A stretch of 64,000 bases of DNA from the human T2T-CHM13v2.0 reference genome, Homo sapiens. Where the stretch lies: assembly GCF_009914755.1 (NCBI RefSeq), contig NC_060928.1; one strand, 5' to 3'. The position numbers and the translations under genes were made by a program. Below are positions 42,731 through 61,058 of this stretch, piece after piece. The notes beneath the pieces are model-generated. The model had not been told where the DNA came from. It did no database searches and saw nothing but the letters and a program-made list of their open reading frames with translations. Numbering within the stretch: position 1 is the stretch's first letter; each line of letters opens with the position of its first letter.

Positions 42731-43757
42731 GGGGTGGTTCCAAGATGGCCGAATAGGAACAGCTCCAGTCTACAGCTCCCAGCGTGAGCGACACAGAAGA
42801 CGGGTGATTTCTGCATTTCCAACTGAGGTACCAGGTTCATCTCACTGGGGCTTGTCACACAGTGGGTGCAGGACAGTGGGTGCAGCCCACCAAGCGTGAG
42901 CCGAAGCAGGGCGAGGCATCACCTCACTCCGGAAGCACAAGGGGTCAGGGAATTCCCTTTTCTAGCCAAGGGAAGCTGTGACAGATGGTAACTGGAAAAT
43001 CGGGTCACTCCCACCCTAATACTGTGCTTTTCCAATGGTCTTAGCAAACAGCACACCAGGAGATTATATCCTGTGTCTGGCTAGAAGGGTCCCATGCCCA
43101 TGGAGCCTAGCTCATTGCTAGCACAGCAGTCTGAGATCAAACTGCAAGGTAGCAGCAAGGCTGGGGGAGGGCTCTACACCATTGCTGAGGCTTGAATAGG
43201 TAAACAAAGTGGCCAGGAAGCTTGAACTGGGTGGAGCCCACCGCAGCTCAAGGAGGCCTGCCTGCCTCTGTAGACTCCACCTCTGGGGGCAGGGCATAGC
43301 CGAACAAAAGGCAGCAGAAACTTCTGCAGACTTAAATATCCCTGTCTGACAGCTTTGAAGAGAGTAGTGGTTCTCCCAGCATGGAGTTTGAGATCTGAGA
43401 ATGGACAGACTGCCTCCTGAAGTGGGTCCCTGACCCCTGAGTAGCCTAACTGGGAGGTACCCCCCACTAGGGGCAGACTGACACCTCACACAGCCAGGTA
43501 CCCCTCTGAGATGAAGCTTCCAGAGGAACAATCAGGCAGCAACATTTGCTGTTCAGCAATATTCACTGTTCTGCAGCCTCTGCTGCTGATACCCAGGCAA
43601 ACAGGGTCTGGAGTGGACCTCCAGCAAATTCCAACAGACCTGCAGCTGAGGGTCCTGACTATTAGAAGGAAAACTAACAAAGAGAAAGGAAATCGACACC
43701 AAAACCCCATCTGTACATCACCATCATCAAAGACCAAAGGTAGATAAAACCACAAAG
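42731..43757. promoter_or_regulatory. L1 5' UTR internal sense promoter and antisense promoter region
   Basis: Position and sequence of a primate L1 5' UTR, with an intact CAAGATGGCC YY1 motif at ~42741. Activity not shown. Confidence 0.6.
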
Positions 43758-44774
43758 ATGGGGAAAAAACAGAGCAGAAAAGCTGAAAATTATAAAAATC
43801 AGAGTGCCTCTCCCCCTCCAAAGGAACGCAGCTCCTCACCAGCAATGGAACAAAGCTGGATGGAGAATGACTTTGACAAGTTGAGAGAAGAAGGCTTCAG
43901 ATAATCAAACTACTCCGAGCTAAAGGAGGAAGTTCAAACCCATCGCAAAGAAGCTAAAAACCTTGAAAAAAGATTAGACGAATGGCTAACTAGAATAACC
44001 AGTGTAGAGAAGTCCTTAAATGACCTGACGGAGCTGAAAACCATGGCACGAGAACTACGTGACAAATGCACAAGCTTCAGTAGCCAATTCGATCAACTGG
44101 AAGAAATGGTATCATTGATTGAAGATCAAATGAATGAAATGAAACGAGAAGAGAAGTTTAGAGAAAAAAGACTAAAAAGAAACAAACAAAGCCTCCAATA
44201 AATATGGAACTATGTGAAAAGACCAAATCTACATCTGACTGGTTTACCTGAAAGGGATGGGGAGAATGGAACCAAGCTGGAAAACACTCTGCAGGATATT
44301 ATCCAGGAAAACTTCCCCAACCTAGCAAGGCAGGCCAACATTCAAATTCAGGAAATACAGAGAACGCCACAAACATACTCCTCGAGAAGAGCAACTCCAA
44401 GACACATAATTGTCAGATTCACCAAAGTTGAAATGAAGGAAAAAATGTTAAGGGCAGCCACAGAGAAAGGTCGGGTTACCCACAAAGGGAAGCCCATCAG
44501 ACTAACAGCGGATCTCTCAGCAGAAACTCTACAAGCCAGAAGAGAGTGTGGTCCAACATTCAACATTCCTAAAGAAAAGAATTTTCAACCCAGAATTTCA
44601 TATCCAGCCAAACTAAGCTTCATAAGTGAAGGACAAATAAAATCCTTTACAGACAAGCAAATGCTGAGAGATTTTGTCACCACCAGGCCTGCCCTAAAAG
44701 AGCTCCTGAAGGAAGCACTAAACATGGAAAGGAACAACTGGTACCAGCCACTGCAAAAACATGACAAATTGTAA
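43758..44774 (+). pseudogene. L1 ORF1p, full 338-codon span with in-frame nonsense codons
   Basis: ATG 43758 (MGKKQSRK) to TAA 44774 is 1017 nt. Premature TAA at 43902 and 44199. The C-terminal 186 aa are open (RPNL...RLTADLSAETLQARR). Confidence 0.93.
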
Positions 44775-44837
44775 AGACCATCGATGCTAGGAAGAAACTG
44801 CATCAACTAATGAGCAAAATAACCAGCTAACATCATA

Positions 44838-48623
<3,786 letters not shown>

Positions 48624-50656
48624 ACAAGGAGAACACTTGGACACAGGAAGGGGAACATCACACACTGGGGCCTGTTGTGGGGTAGGGGGAAGGGGGAGGG
48701 ATAGCATTAGGAGATATACCTAATGAAAATGGCGAGTTAATGGGTACAGCACACCAACATAGCATATGTATACATATGTAACAAACCTGCACATTGTGCA
48801 CATGTACCCTAGAACTTAAAGTATAATAAAAAAAAATGAAAAGAAGAATCAATCACATTTATAGTTGTTTGCTAGGCATATCCACCAGCCTGCACTGCCA
48901 ATATCTAAAATGCAGCAAGACCTGTATCAAATACCCACCTTCCTCCCCCATCCCTACTCCAAGGTTCTGCCTATCTTGAACTCAATTTTTTTATTTGTAG
49001 TACAACCTTAGTTTGAATCCTAATTGGCTGTTTTTCTCTTTATGTATAACATCAGCAATATACACATATCTAAACCTTAGCTTCCGTCTAAATACTTAGC
49101 CACCATCAATATAAAGTGTTACCTTGGGAAAATAGTGCAAGACAAATTCACCCCATATTTTCATAGTTCTTATGGATTCCCTTTTGGAAACATGTATTCA
49201 GAGGTCCTCCAAATTCTCTTAGATGAATTTAGAACTGAAGCAGTCTTTCTCAGGCTTAAGAAGAAAATATCAAGGTCTGTTGAATTTAAGGTTGCCAAAG
49301 TGTTCCTAGGCAGCTGTTCTGTATAATCTTGAAGGATGCATGGCACTTGTCAACGTAGTTTTTAAATTTGTCTATTATTAGGCATTAATCTATAAACCAC
49401 AGCCTTAGGAAATTTATTGAGAAATAAGTCTAATGAAAATGCATAGAAATATTCTAACAAAACTTTCAGGTTGGTAAGAGACTCTAGAGATCAAACACTA
49501 TATTGTCAGTATAAAGAAACCACAGTGGTAACAGAAAAAGAATGGAAATTCATATTCAACTACCATATAGATATTTGGAATTTACATTTTAAGTTTTTTA
49601 AAAATTCTCTTTATGCATTATTCTTAATCAAGTTTTCCACCTTTTATTTTTCTAAATACTGCAGGAAATATAGTTGCAAATTATCTTAGAATACCTGTGG
49701 CATATATTACATTTCTGAAATAATTTGCAATTCTTTAAAATAAAATTCAACATATAACTTTAAAGGGCTCTTATTGTCATGCTTTGTGAAAATATTAAGC
49801 TCAGTTATCCAATTCTGTAAATAAAATATAACAAAAAATATTAGTTTAACTAGAGAATTCGATAGAAAAAAACAAGACCTTTATGTCTCTATATGGAGAA
49901 CATTGTAACCCTGGCCCATGTTTTTATGAAATAGCTACTTTCTGCAGAGTATTTTATCAGCAGAAAACAGCCTATGCCCTCAATTTATTTAAAATCTAGC
50001 TAGAGATTTAAAACACAGAGTACACACAAAAGCAAAACAAAAACCACAAACATTCATCTAGGCTTTTGACATATGTGGAGAAACAAACTAAGCAGAAGTT
50101 TAGGTAGTTTTCTGATGGAAATAGGTCTGGTGCAAAATATTTAAAATTAATTGAAAAACACAGAGGAGAGAATGGAAGTGAGTGAAAATATCACATGGGA
50201 GATCATGTTAAAATTTTTTCTAAAGGATAATGTCAACATTTGTGGATCATGAAGATCCTGAAGCTTAAGCTAACAGCTAACTTATCCCTCTGGTATGTAC
50301 TTTTCGTTTTGGAATTTGTGTTCAACAATATGGATTAAATCAGAATTTAAGAATTTAAAAGATAAAATATTTTTGATGTTCATACAATTCCAGCTTTTCA
50401 TGGTAGTAGTTTCCCTGTACAAAAGTGTGGTGAAGACAGACAAAAAAGATGAATAATTCAATTAGATTTTTGTAAATTCTATAAAGAAGCTTAGTACTAC
50501 AAGCATAACGTAAAGGATATAGTGCTTAGCAAGAATCTATAGATTAATTCAAAAAAGTGGGAGAGGGGGAAAAATGCAGGGGGGAAAGAGAAGAGGGGAG
50601 AATATAGCTAATAAATGATTAGGTGAGGAGTCTTCACTAACATTTATAATTGAATA

Positions 50657-50745
50657 CCTAAATGTTATATATTAAATGTTATATATAACATATATATAAC
50701 CTAAATGTTATATATAACATATATATAACCTAAATGTTATATATT
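50657..50745. repeat. AT-rich ~29-bp tandem repeat (cctaaatgttatatataacatatatataa), about 3 copies
   Basis: Directly visible. The unit contains the palindrome atgttatatataacat. Confidence 0.85.
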
Positions 50746-51789
50746 TTTTCTGAAAAAATAAGTTTATATAAGAAAAACTTTTTATTGCTTTTCTAATACA
50801 ATACTTTGTCATGAGCCATTATTTATAAGTAAAAAAAGTATTGCTAAATTAAAGAGAAAATGGCAGAGATCATGATATAAGAGACTATATATTTTAAGCA
50901 GATCAAGTTTTGTTAAATTGTTAGTCCAAGAAATAAACAAAAAATATTGGTACCAAAAGCATTGAAAATAAACATTTTCCTTTCTTTTTTATGAGACAAT
51001 TTTTTAAACTAGAATAATTTGTATGAAGGTGAACAGATACTTCATTTAAGGAAAATATGGAAAAAAAGAAAATTTGTATGTAAACTAACCAGATGTTTAT
51101 GATTAGTTCCTAGTTAACATCACCCAGCTGCCTAAAGATGATTTTTATGGAGGGAGAGCATTGTAGAATGCCATATGTTTAAATAAATCACGAGTATAGC
51201 AGTCATGATCCTGGAGCAAAAGAGCTACACATCCCATTTTAGGTAACCTCTTCAAATCACACCATATAACATTAGAACAGCCACTACTCCCCAACACAGT
51301 ATCTGTTTCCAGTTTCCTCCTACATTTTGATGGGCGTCCTTATGTGTCAGCTTGCATTCTGTTTTCCAATGTTGTAAAACATTGTATGGGTTTTTGTACC
51401 AGATGAAGTCCATTACAATATTATGTACTAGTATCACTGGGTTGAGAAAACATATACAACAGTTATTTTACATTAAATATTTTCTTCTGGAAATAGGTTG
51501 TTGATATTTTGTTGAGATATCTGTTTCAAAGTCTATAGCTCAATATCAGTTAAAAAGCCATTCCTGACTAAATGTGATTTAAATAGAACTTTATATTTTC
51601 ATCCCATTCAAACAATAAATATATATATTTGAACACCAAATATTTAATTCAATGGAAAAGAAATACAGGAAGAATTATGTTGCTTCCTTAAATTGAATCA
51701 CATTTTATTATGTTGTTAAAAACTTTAAAATCAGCTTAATGGCTGCATAATATTTAACCCACAAATTAGGTAAAAATTAAGAAAATCTA

Positions 51790-52230
<441 letters not shown>

Positions 52231-52332
52231 AAACTACTTAACTATTCTTAAAACTAGGCATTTATTTTTTAATGCATCTTTATGAACCGAAGTTTTGTTT
52301 ACTGTTTTTTATCACTTCCTATTGGATTATTT

Positions 52333-52891
<559 letters not shown>

Positions 52892-53273
52892 TAGTTATTA
52901 TATCAAGGTATGAATATTATATATATATTTTAGAGAAAAGTTGTATAGGTTTATATTCTCACCATCAATGTATAAGATTGTCCTTCATCCTGTATTTTCC
53001 CCAACGATATATTATGAAAAATTTTCAATGTACCACAAAATAGAAATAACATTATCCTGAACACCGTATAGCCACCTCCTAGATTCTCCCGTTGTACTGC
53101 ATATGCTATGTCCATGCCTCTATCCATCTATTAATTCCTCATATTTTTATGCATTTCAAATAAATTGCAGACTTCTGTTCACTTTCCAATAAATGCCTCA
53201 GCATGTATATCATTAATCAGTTTAATATTTAGAATATTTTCATATAAAATGTACAATAAAACACCCAAATCTT

Positions 53274-53526
53274 TTTTTATTATTATTATACTTTAAGTTC
53301 TGGGGTACGTGTGCACAATGTGCAAGTTTGTTACATGGGTATATATGTGCCATGTTGGTTTGCTGCACCCATCAACTCGTCATTTACATTAATTATTTCT
53401 GCTATGCTATCCCTCCCCCAGCCCCTAATCCCCGACAGGCACAGGTGTGTAATGTTCCCCTCCCAGTGTCCATGTGTTCTCCATGTGTTCTCATTGTTCA
53501 ACTCCCAATTATAAATAAGAACATGC
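53274..53526 (-). mobile_element. Short L1PA (5-7-like) 3' end inserted in an older L1M 3' fragment (~53000-53830)
   Basis: ttatactttaagttctggggtacgtgtgcacaatgtgca. Exact 16-bp TSD AAAACACCCAAATCTT at 53258-53273 and 53527-53542. Confidence 0.94.
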
Positions 53527-54159
53527 AAAACACCCAAATCTTAATCACGTGCCCTTGACAAATGTATATACTTGTGTAACCAAAATCTCTCCCGAGATAT
53601 AGGGCATTGCCATTACTCCCAAAATATTCCTTGTGCCCCTTCCTGGTCAGTTCCCACAACCACCTGAGGCAACAACTATTCTGATTTTTTTCATCACAGA
53701 TTAGTTTTTCTTGTTCTGGATCCTAATGTAAGTGAAGTTGTACAGTAGATATTCTTTTGCATATGACTTTTTTCACTGTAATATTTTGGAGTTTCATCTA
53801 TTACATGTTATCAGCATATTGCTCTATTTTTCATACATATTACCCATAAATTGATTATAAAGCCCACAAGACACTGTTATATTTAATAAAATTGTGAAGA
53901 AAAATAGTCTTTTATAATTACCATATTTAATGCTTTTTATTTCTTGAAGATAAAATGAATAATGTTATATAGATTTTCATTTTAGATTTTATTATCCTAT
54001 ATTTATTAGACGTGTAAAAAACATCATCTCCAAATACTGACAATTTTTCTCCCTCTTAATATTTTATTTCTTATATGTTTTATCTTCATTGAGGTGACTA
54101 AAATTTCAAGTAAAAATTGTGCTATTAAACATATTTGTTTAGGTTTTGTTTTTAACCCT

Positions 54160-54537
54160 TGTTCTGGTTACCTGTTGTTGCATAGCAAATTATTCCAAAA
54201 TATGTTGGCTTGAAACTACAGCCTATAAATGTTCACAATTCAAGGAAGTAACTGGACAATCTTTTTAACTCACATAAAGTTCACTAACGTTCTGGATGGC
54301 TGGAAGCTCCATTATGGCCTCATTCCCATGGTTGACAGGTGCTACTGGTCACCAGCTAAGAGATGAGTTGTCACTGATTTTACTCTCCTCACTGACTGCA
54401 TTCAAAGCCAAATGAGCACAAAAGCAGATGAGCTTCAAGGCACGGGCAATTAAGCTTTACCTCCATGTGGGGTATGACTTGTGCAAGCAAGAAGGGAAGG
54501 GATTGTTGGGAGCCATCTTTGGAGACTAGGCACCACA
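54160..54537 (-). mobile_element. Old MaLR LTR (MLT1J/K-like)
   Basis: tgttctggttacctgttgttgcatagcaaattattccaaaa...ggagccatctttggagactaggcaccaca. Confidence 0.7.
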
Positions 54538-54859
54538 TCCTCTTAGTCTTATGCCAGTAAACATGACGTTGATACAGAATAGCCTTTTATTCCTAGTGTT
54601 TTAAAGAAGTACTATAATGAATTTTATCATGTGTTTTTATAAAATCAATTTTGAGATCATATATCCTGGTAGATTTCATAATACTAAAACAGCTTTGGGT
54701 TGCTTAAGTGTGTGCTTATATAAATGTTCAAGGAGAAATTTAATTATAGTTTTATACAAGTTGTTACAAAAATATAAATAGAACAAATGCTACCCAGCAC
54801 TTGCAAAATAATACAAATGCTTAACTCAGGATATGTTGTTTTACAGGGTTGGAAATTTC

Positions 54860-55450
54860 CTATTATAAAATAGAAAACAAAACAAACCTTAAGGCCAAAA
54901 AGTTATGAATTTGATTAAAATGAATTGAGATATCAAAGAATGATATAGATAGAATTAATATACAATTACCAGATGCGAGCGAGAAGAAATTTTCAATGTT
55001 TAAAACTGACAAGAAACTCTCCTATCTAGAATGCACAAATCCACAGGAGTAAGATAGCAACTCTATTAGTAAAATGAGAAAAGATATCGTTAATCTTCAA
55101 AAAACGAAAATGAAAAGCTTAAAAGCACCAAAAAAAAAAAAAAATACAAGTGGAGGTATAGGTTTGTGTGGCCATGTTGAAGTACTATTTTGATGGTAGC
55201 ACTTAATCAAACTAAGAATCCACAGCTACATAATCCAAATTCTGCTCCTGCGATAATATCCTAGAGAAATTGTCACACAGGTCTACAATAGAGACATATA
55301 TGAAAATATTCTTCCTGGTAACATTACTGTAGCAGAGAGAGAGAGAAGCAAATTAGATGCTCATCAATGGAGGTATGGATAAGTAAAATTTGGTGAACCA
55401 CTATGTAATAAAACAATTAGATGCAATGAATGAAATATATATGAAGCCAC
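54860..55450 (+). mobile_element. Degraded L1M ORF2/3' fragment
   Basis: atcctagagaaattgtcacacagg...tgctcatcaatggaggtatggataagtaaaatttgg. Confidence 0.6.
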
Positions 55451-56742
55451 ATCAAGACACCTATTGCATATCATTTTTTGCTCCAAAGTATGTGAAACAA
55501 AACAATAGCATATTAGTAAAAAGACATACTTCAAATGTACTTGAATGTTGCCAATAGAGAAGCGAAGAATAAGGATGAAGCGGAATGAAACATAAGAAAA
55601 AAGAGAAAGAAACTTTCACAAAAATGATGATAATATACCATAAGGTGTAGAGTACATAACTTGTTGCTCGCCTGCTTTTTTTGCATTCTTTGAATTTTTT
55701 TAAAAAGCTGGGATATGGCTACATATTTGCATGCAGTAATTTCCCAAGAAGAAACAAAAGTCAAAATTAGTACATGTTTGATAGATTAGAATCTGGTTGC
55801 TACATAAATATTAATCATTCAAGTCTTGTTCTTCTGTAATGTTTTGATTGCAACTAGCTCTCTGATATAATTGATTACCATTCAAGCAAAAAGTATACAA
55901 AATATTCTGTTTATTAAAAAACTCACTTAATGAAGAGACAAAAGAAAATTTTACTGGGTCAGTACAAATATTCAGATACTGTTTGTATGATAACGTATAA
56001 TGCAAATAGCTAGCAAACGGAAGTGAATTCAGCTATAGTTAGATGTACTTATTTTCATTGTCCTCTTTAATGCAAAGTATACTGAAGGAAAATTTAGAGG
56101 TGCTTTTCAAATTAAGTTCTTTCTTCTTTCTCAACGATGTTGTAACTCTAAAAGGAAGACTATATCAAGTTCCCTCCAAACACTAGGAAATAATATTCTA
56201 TTAAACAGCAACATACCATTCTCATTCCATTGTGTAACCTCAGATTCTTCCTTAAAACCTGTGTATATAGCACAATTTGAACGAAACACCAAAAAAATCA
56301 TTTGTCACTTTTTCTGAATAAAGAACTGAAGCTCTAATTTTAAGTGACTTCCTATCATTATTTTTAAAAATTTCACAAGGGAAAATTGTCTCTACTGGGA
56401 CAGTAGTGAAATTACAGGTACAGCATTTATTTAAAATGGAAATGTTTTTCTATCAAAATCTGATTTGCTAAATACAATTTTTTGTATTGTGATAGATTAA
56501 AAGAGATTAGAATAAACTTTGCTGTTATCAAGGAAAATTATCATGTTTTGATTCTCTAAAATATAGTCAAAACCTATTTACCATGCAAATCATTCCTCAT
56601 ATTAATAAAAACTGTTAACCCCTTCAGTTATAAACCATTTCCTATCACACAAATAATAAATAAGCCTGATTTGCTATAAGAGTTACATTTTTCTATGGAA
56701 AACTAGCAAAATGACTTCATAGAGGTATGGGCATAATAAAAA

Positions 56743-57802
56743 TGCAATCCCCACCGTGCTTGGTTCCGATATACGTAAATTTCAATTACACAGATTAGTT
56801 AAATAACACTAGCCAATCAACAGCACAGTTCACATTTCAGTTACCATATTGTATTAACTGAGAACAACTGCAGAAAGTACAAACTTGGTTGCTAGCTCTT
56901 CAGATCACAAATCCCTACTATGTGATAACAGATACCCATCATGATCAGTGACCAAGTATGTCACTGCTTTTGCAGTGTTCCAGGGCTTGGTCACTATGTT
57001 CAGTTCATTCTCAGCTAAGCATACATCTCTCTGTTGCCTCCTTGTTTCTCAGGGAAAAACCCACCAATATGCCACTTTACAAAAATGGGTAATTAAAAGA
57101 AAGAATAGGTCAACAAAGATGAAAGTACAGCAAGGGCAAAAATGATAATGCTAGAAGAGAAACTTGAATCAAATATAAATGGAATCACAGAAGAGCCAGT
57201 TGAATGTAAGAATGTTGGTATTTGACATTTGATGCTCTAGATACACAGCCGGAGGAACTCAGGGAAGGCAAATTTATCAACATAAATAAGAAAATGGTTG
57301 TGACAAAAAGGATGACAAGGTCCCAGCAGAAGCTATGCTACAAAACAACTTCACATTAAAGGAACTCTCAAATATTTTATGATATTGTAAGTATAAAAAA
57401 TAAAATGTTGGAAGCTGATCCAAACTTAGAAAGAAATATGACAATTCACCAATGAATATAAAAATGACCATTCAATAGGTATTGTCAGCTTTATGAGAAG
57501 GCAAGCAATATTCAATATATTTTTGATGTTATTTGTAAAGAAATAAAACATTTTAGTTCCCATTGTTTCTAATGTTTTGAATTACAGTGTACTAAAAATG
57601 ATGACTTTACTATTTTTATTTCCTTATATATTGATAAATAACAGTAAAAAATTTTTTTAATGTTTTTCACATTTTGTTACACAAATTTTTAAAGATAATT
57701 TTTTTTAATTTTTTCCTATTAATAAAAATCACTTTCAACACATCAGGTAGCACAGTGACATTTACAGTCCACACTGTCTGTCCAAAGTGAAAGCTGCTTG
57801 TA
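56743..57802. mobile_element. TcMar (Tigger/Kanga-type) DNA transposon fossil, ~1.05 kb
   Basis: tggttccgatatacgtaaatttcaattacac...atgatcagtgaccaagtatgtcac...ttggtcact, ending caaagtgaaagctgcttgTA. Exact family uncertain. Confidence 0.65.
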
Positions 57803-58859
57803 TTTTATGCATGCTCTTTTATAGTTTACAAATAAGTTTTAAAATACTAGTTTAATTTATGTTCTTGGAAGTTTAGAGAGAAAACTGATTATCTTCATTT
57901 TATAGTTGATGCAACCAGTTGAACTTTTGTTACATACCCAACATAAAGAGACTGGTAAGAAATAGACCCCATTGCAAATATGAAGTTGTTTATTTGCATT
58001 ATAATCTATTCATATTTGATTATATACCTACAATGTACTAGAAGCAATAATCACCACTACGAACAATAGTGAACACTATAAATAGTTTTATTTTCCTTGT
58101 GAATCTTGCTATCTTATGTCCATCTCTGTTCCTTACTTTCACATGGAAAAAATTGAATTCTGTAGAAAAAAAATTTGATGGCAAGAAAGTAACACACATT
58201 ATGAGTCACTTTGTTCAAGATGTCCTATGTGTATTTTCCCAATTGAAGCCTGGGGTTAATATTTCTCTTAGGCCAAAGATGGTAACTCATGTGACAATAA
58301 TATATATGTTTCACCAAGAGTATATAATATTTATCATCTTGCTATTTGGGTGTTTTTAGTGTGATGTGGCACAAGCTTTTAATTCACATTAAAGAAATGT
58401 ATTCTGATCTTCATTTCTAGGGTAAGTCCCAACTATATTTCAAAAAGAATGATAAAAGTTGTGAATTTTGTATATCTGGCACTATATATTAAATGTGAAT
58501 CCAAATTTTTGACTTATGACTAATTAGACAGCCTATAGTTGCAATTTTTTCTATTTAAGAAATAAAACATTTAACTTAAATTTCAACAATCAAGATGAAG
58601 CAGATTTCAGCTGATTATAAAATGTTAAATTATCATTGAGCTCTATTATAAGGATGAGTAATTTAAAACAACAATGTAGCATGTTTCTATAGTTTCTCAA
58701 TACCCAATTTTCTGCTCAGAGGCAATATTGGAAGGTGATTTCACTCTATTTATTCACAGTAATAACTCCTATATAAATATCATATACAAGTATATACGTG
58801 TGTACATATGTAACTATACATACATATAACTATAGGCAGAACAGTAATCAGACATGTTA

Positions 58860-58985
58860 AACATAACAAAATATTTCTGAACATAAAACACATAACAAAA
58901 TATTTCTGAACATAAAATATTTCTATATATATATTTCTATATATTTCAATATATAGAAATATGAAATATTTCTATATATATAAAA
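58860..58985. repeat. 29-bp tandem duplication followed by AT-rich palindromic low complexity
   Basis: acataacaaaatatttctgaacataaaa occurs twice, then atttctatatat / atatatagaaat inverted units. Confidence 0.85.
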
Positions 58986-59783
58986 AACATGCCGTTTTAC
59001 AGTTAAGCAACAATACTGCTGCAATAAGAAATTATCTAATTTATGGTCATTTTAAAATTTGCCATATAATGAATGTATTTGATACTTATAATAAACCTAG
59101 ACAGGTAATTATTTTCATTCATATTTCCTTTCCAACAACAATAATCTCACATTATGTTTTACATTACCTATTTCATATTTTCCAAATATTAAAATCTCTA
59201 TTTTTTTCATAAATTTTGTGTGCATTCTTATATCTATTAACTGATCCCCTATATCTAAATCCATTAGCCCAATATTGATGGCAATGGGAGAATCAAATTT
59301 TGCATTCTCGTGTAATATTTTAACTTTAAAGAGTATCCACATTCTTTGATACTTAATATCAGGTATGTTATGTAGTATAAGCATTATCCTTGACTAAGAC
59401 ATCAGTTTAAAACAAAGAAAACATTTTAGGTGCCTAAAGGACATTACCAAGATCAGAATCTGTAATTCTTTATATATGGACTCATAAAATTTTTATTTTA
59501 ATATGTAAATTATATTATAATTATACTTTTAATATTTTAAAATCTTCTTGTAACAAACACATAAATGTAGTTCATTTTAATCATCATACCTTTATCTAAA
59601 AATTCCTGTTATATTCAACCATTGCAACAGATTCTGAAAATACAAAAGTGAATAAAATTGTTCTTACCTAATGAATATAATCAATAGGATAAATGTCATA
59701 ATGTAAATATGCAAAATTCCACAAGAGCAGACAGAAAGTTTTCACTGAGTTAAGGAGACTTGTGAAAGTTCCATTTATGATTA

Positions 59784-60314
<531 letters not shown>

Positions 60315-61058
60315 TAGTAATTTTTAAAAAGCATAGAAATTTCAGGTAGTATGTGTTGACATAAAATGAGGAAAATGAGACTACTGCAGAGTACGTCTTA
60401 CTTTGAGAACAACTTCCCCCTAAGAGTAAACCCCACAAACAAAAATAGGTAACCATATCTATATTGGTTATTATCCTGCATCATAGATAGTCCATCATGA
60501 CAGCAGATAGCACAAAATCTGTACAGGAGTCATGGGAGGATGCCCACTGAGTTCGACACCTGCATTTGCCATTTGTGTAGTAGATCTGTGTGTGTGGTGT
60601 GTATGTATTCATTAATTTTAGACTGGATTCAGTGACACTAGCTATAATAGTTGAGATTTTAAAAGTCTTACCCTTCATCATCTCTTTCTGCTACTTCCCA
60701 TCTATGTTGCCAAATTTTTATAATTTTTGCTTAAATTTTGAAAGATTACTATTGTCTAATATGGAGTCAAGTGGCATGCTATTTTCATATTTTCTTTTTC
60801 CCATGATTATTTTTCTTGGGTCATTTTTCATAATTTACTTGGTTTTCTATTTATATGCCAATAACACATGATATTCCTTGCAATAATTTTCCAATGTTCA
60901 GTTACATCATGTAAGTATCAATTTATATCTCTTTGCAACCTAGAGACTACCATCCCAGCCTCTCTTCCTATTCCGGTTTAGATACCTCTTCCCAGGCCTA
61001 CTTCTCAGAGGCTGCTGTGAACCTGATTGCCTATTTCTAACCTGAAGCTTTTACCAGC

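Noticed and set aside
50657-50745. 29-bp repeats with an internal palindrome as a CRISPR-like array (also 58860-58920)
   Set aside because: The units are directly adjacent with no unique spacers, AT-rich and in a primate genome. They are simple slippage duplications.
55531-55764. 77-aa hydrophobic minus ORF ending near a gtatgt donor-like site
   Set aside because: The hydrophobicity comes from T-rich composition, the acceptor is weak and I recognise no homology.
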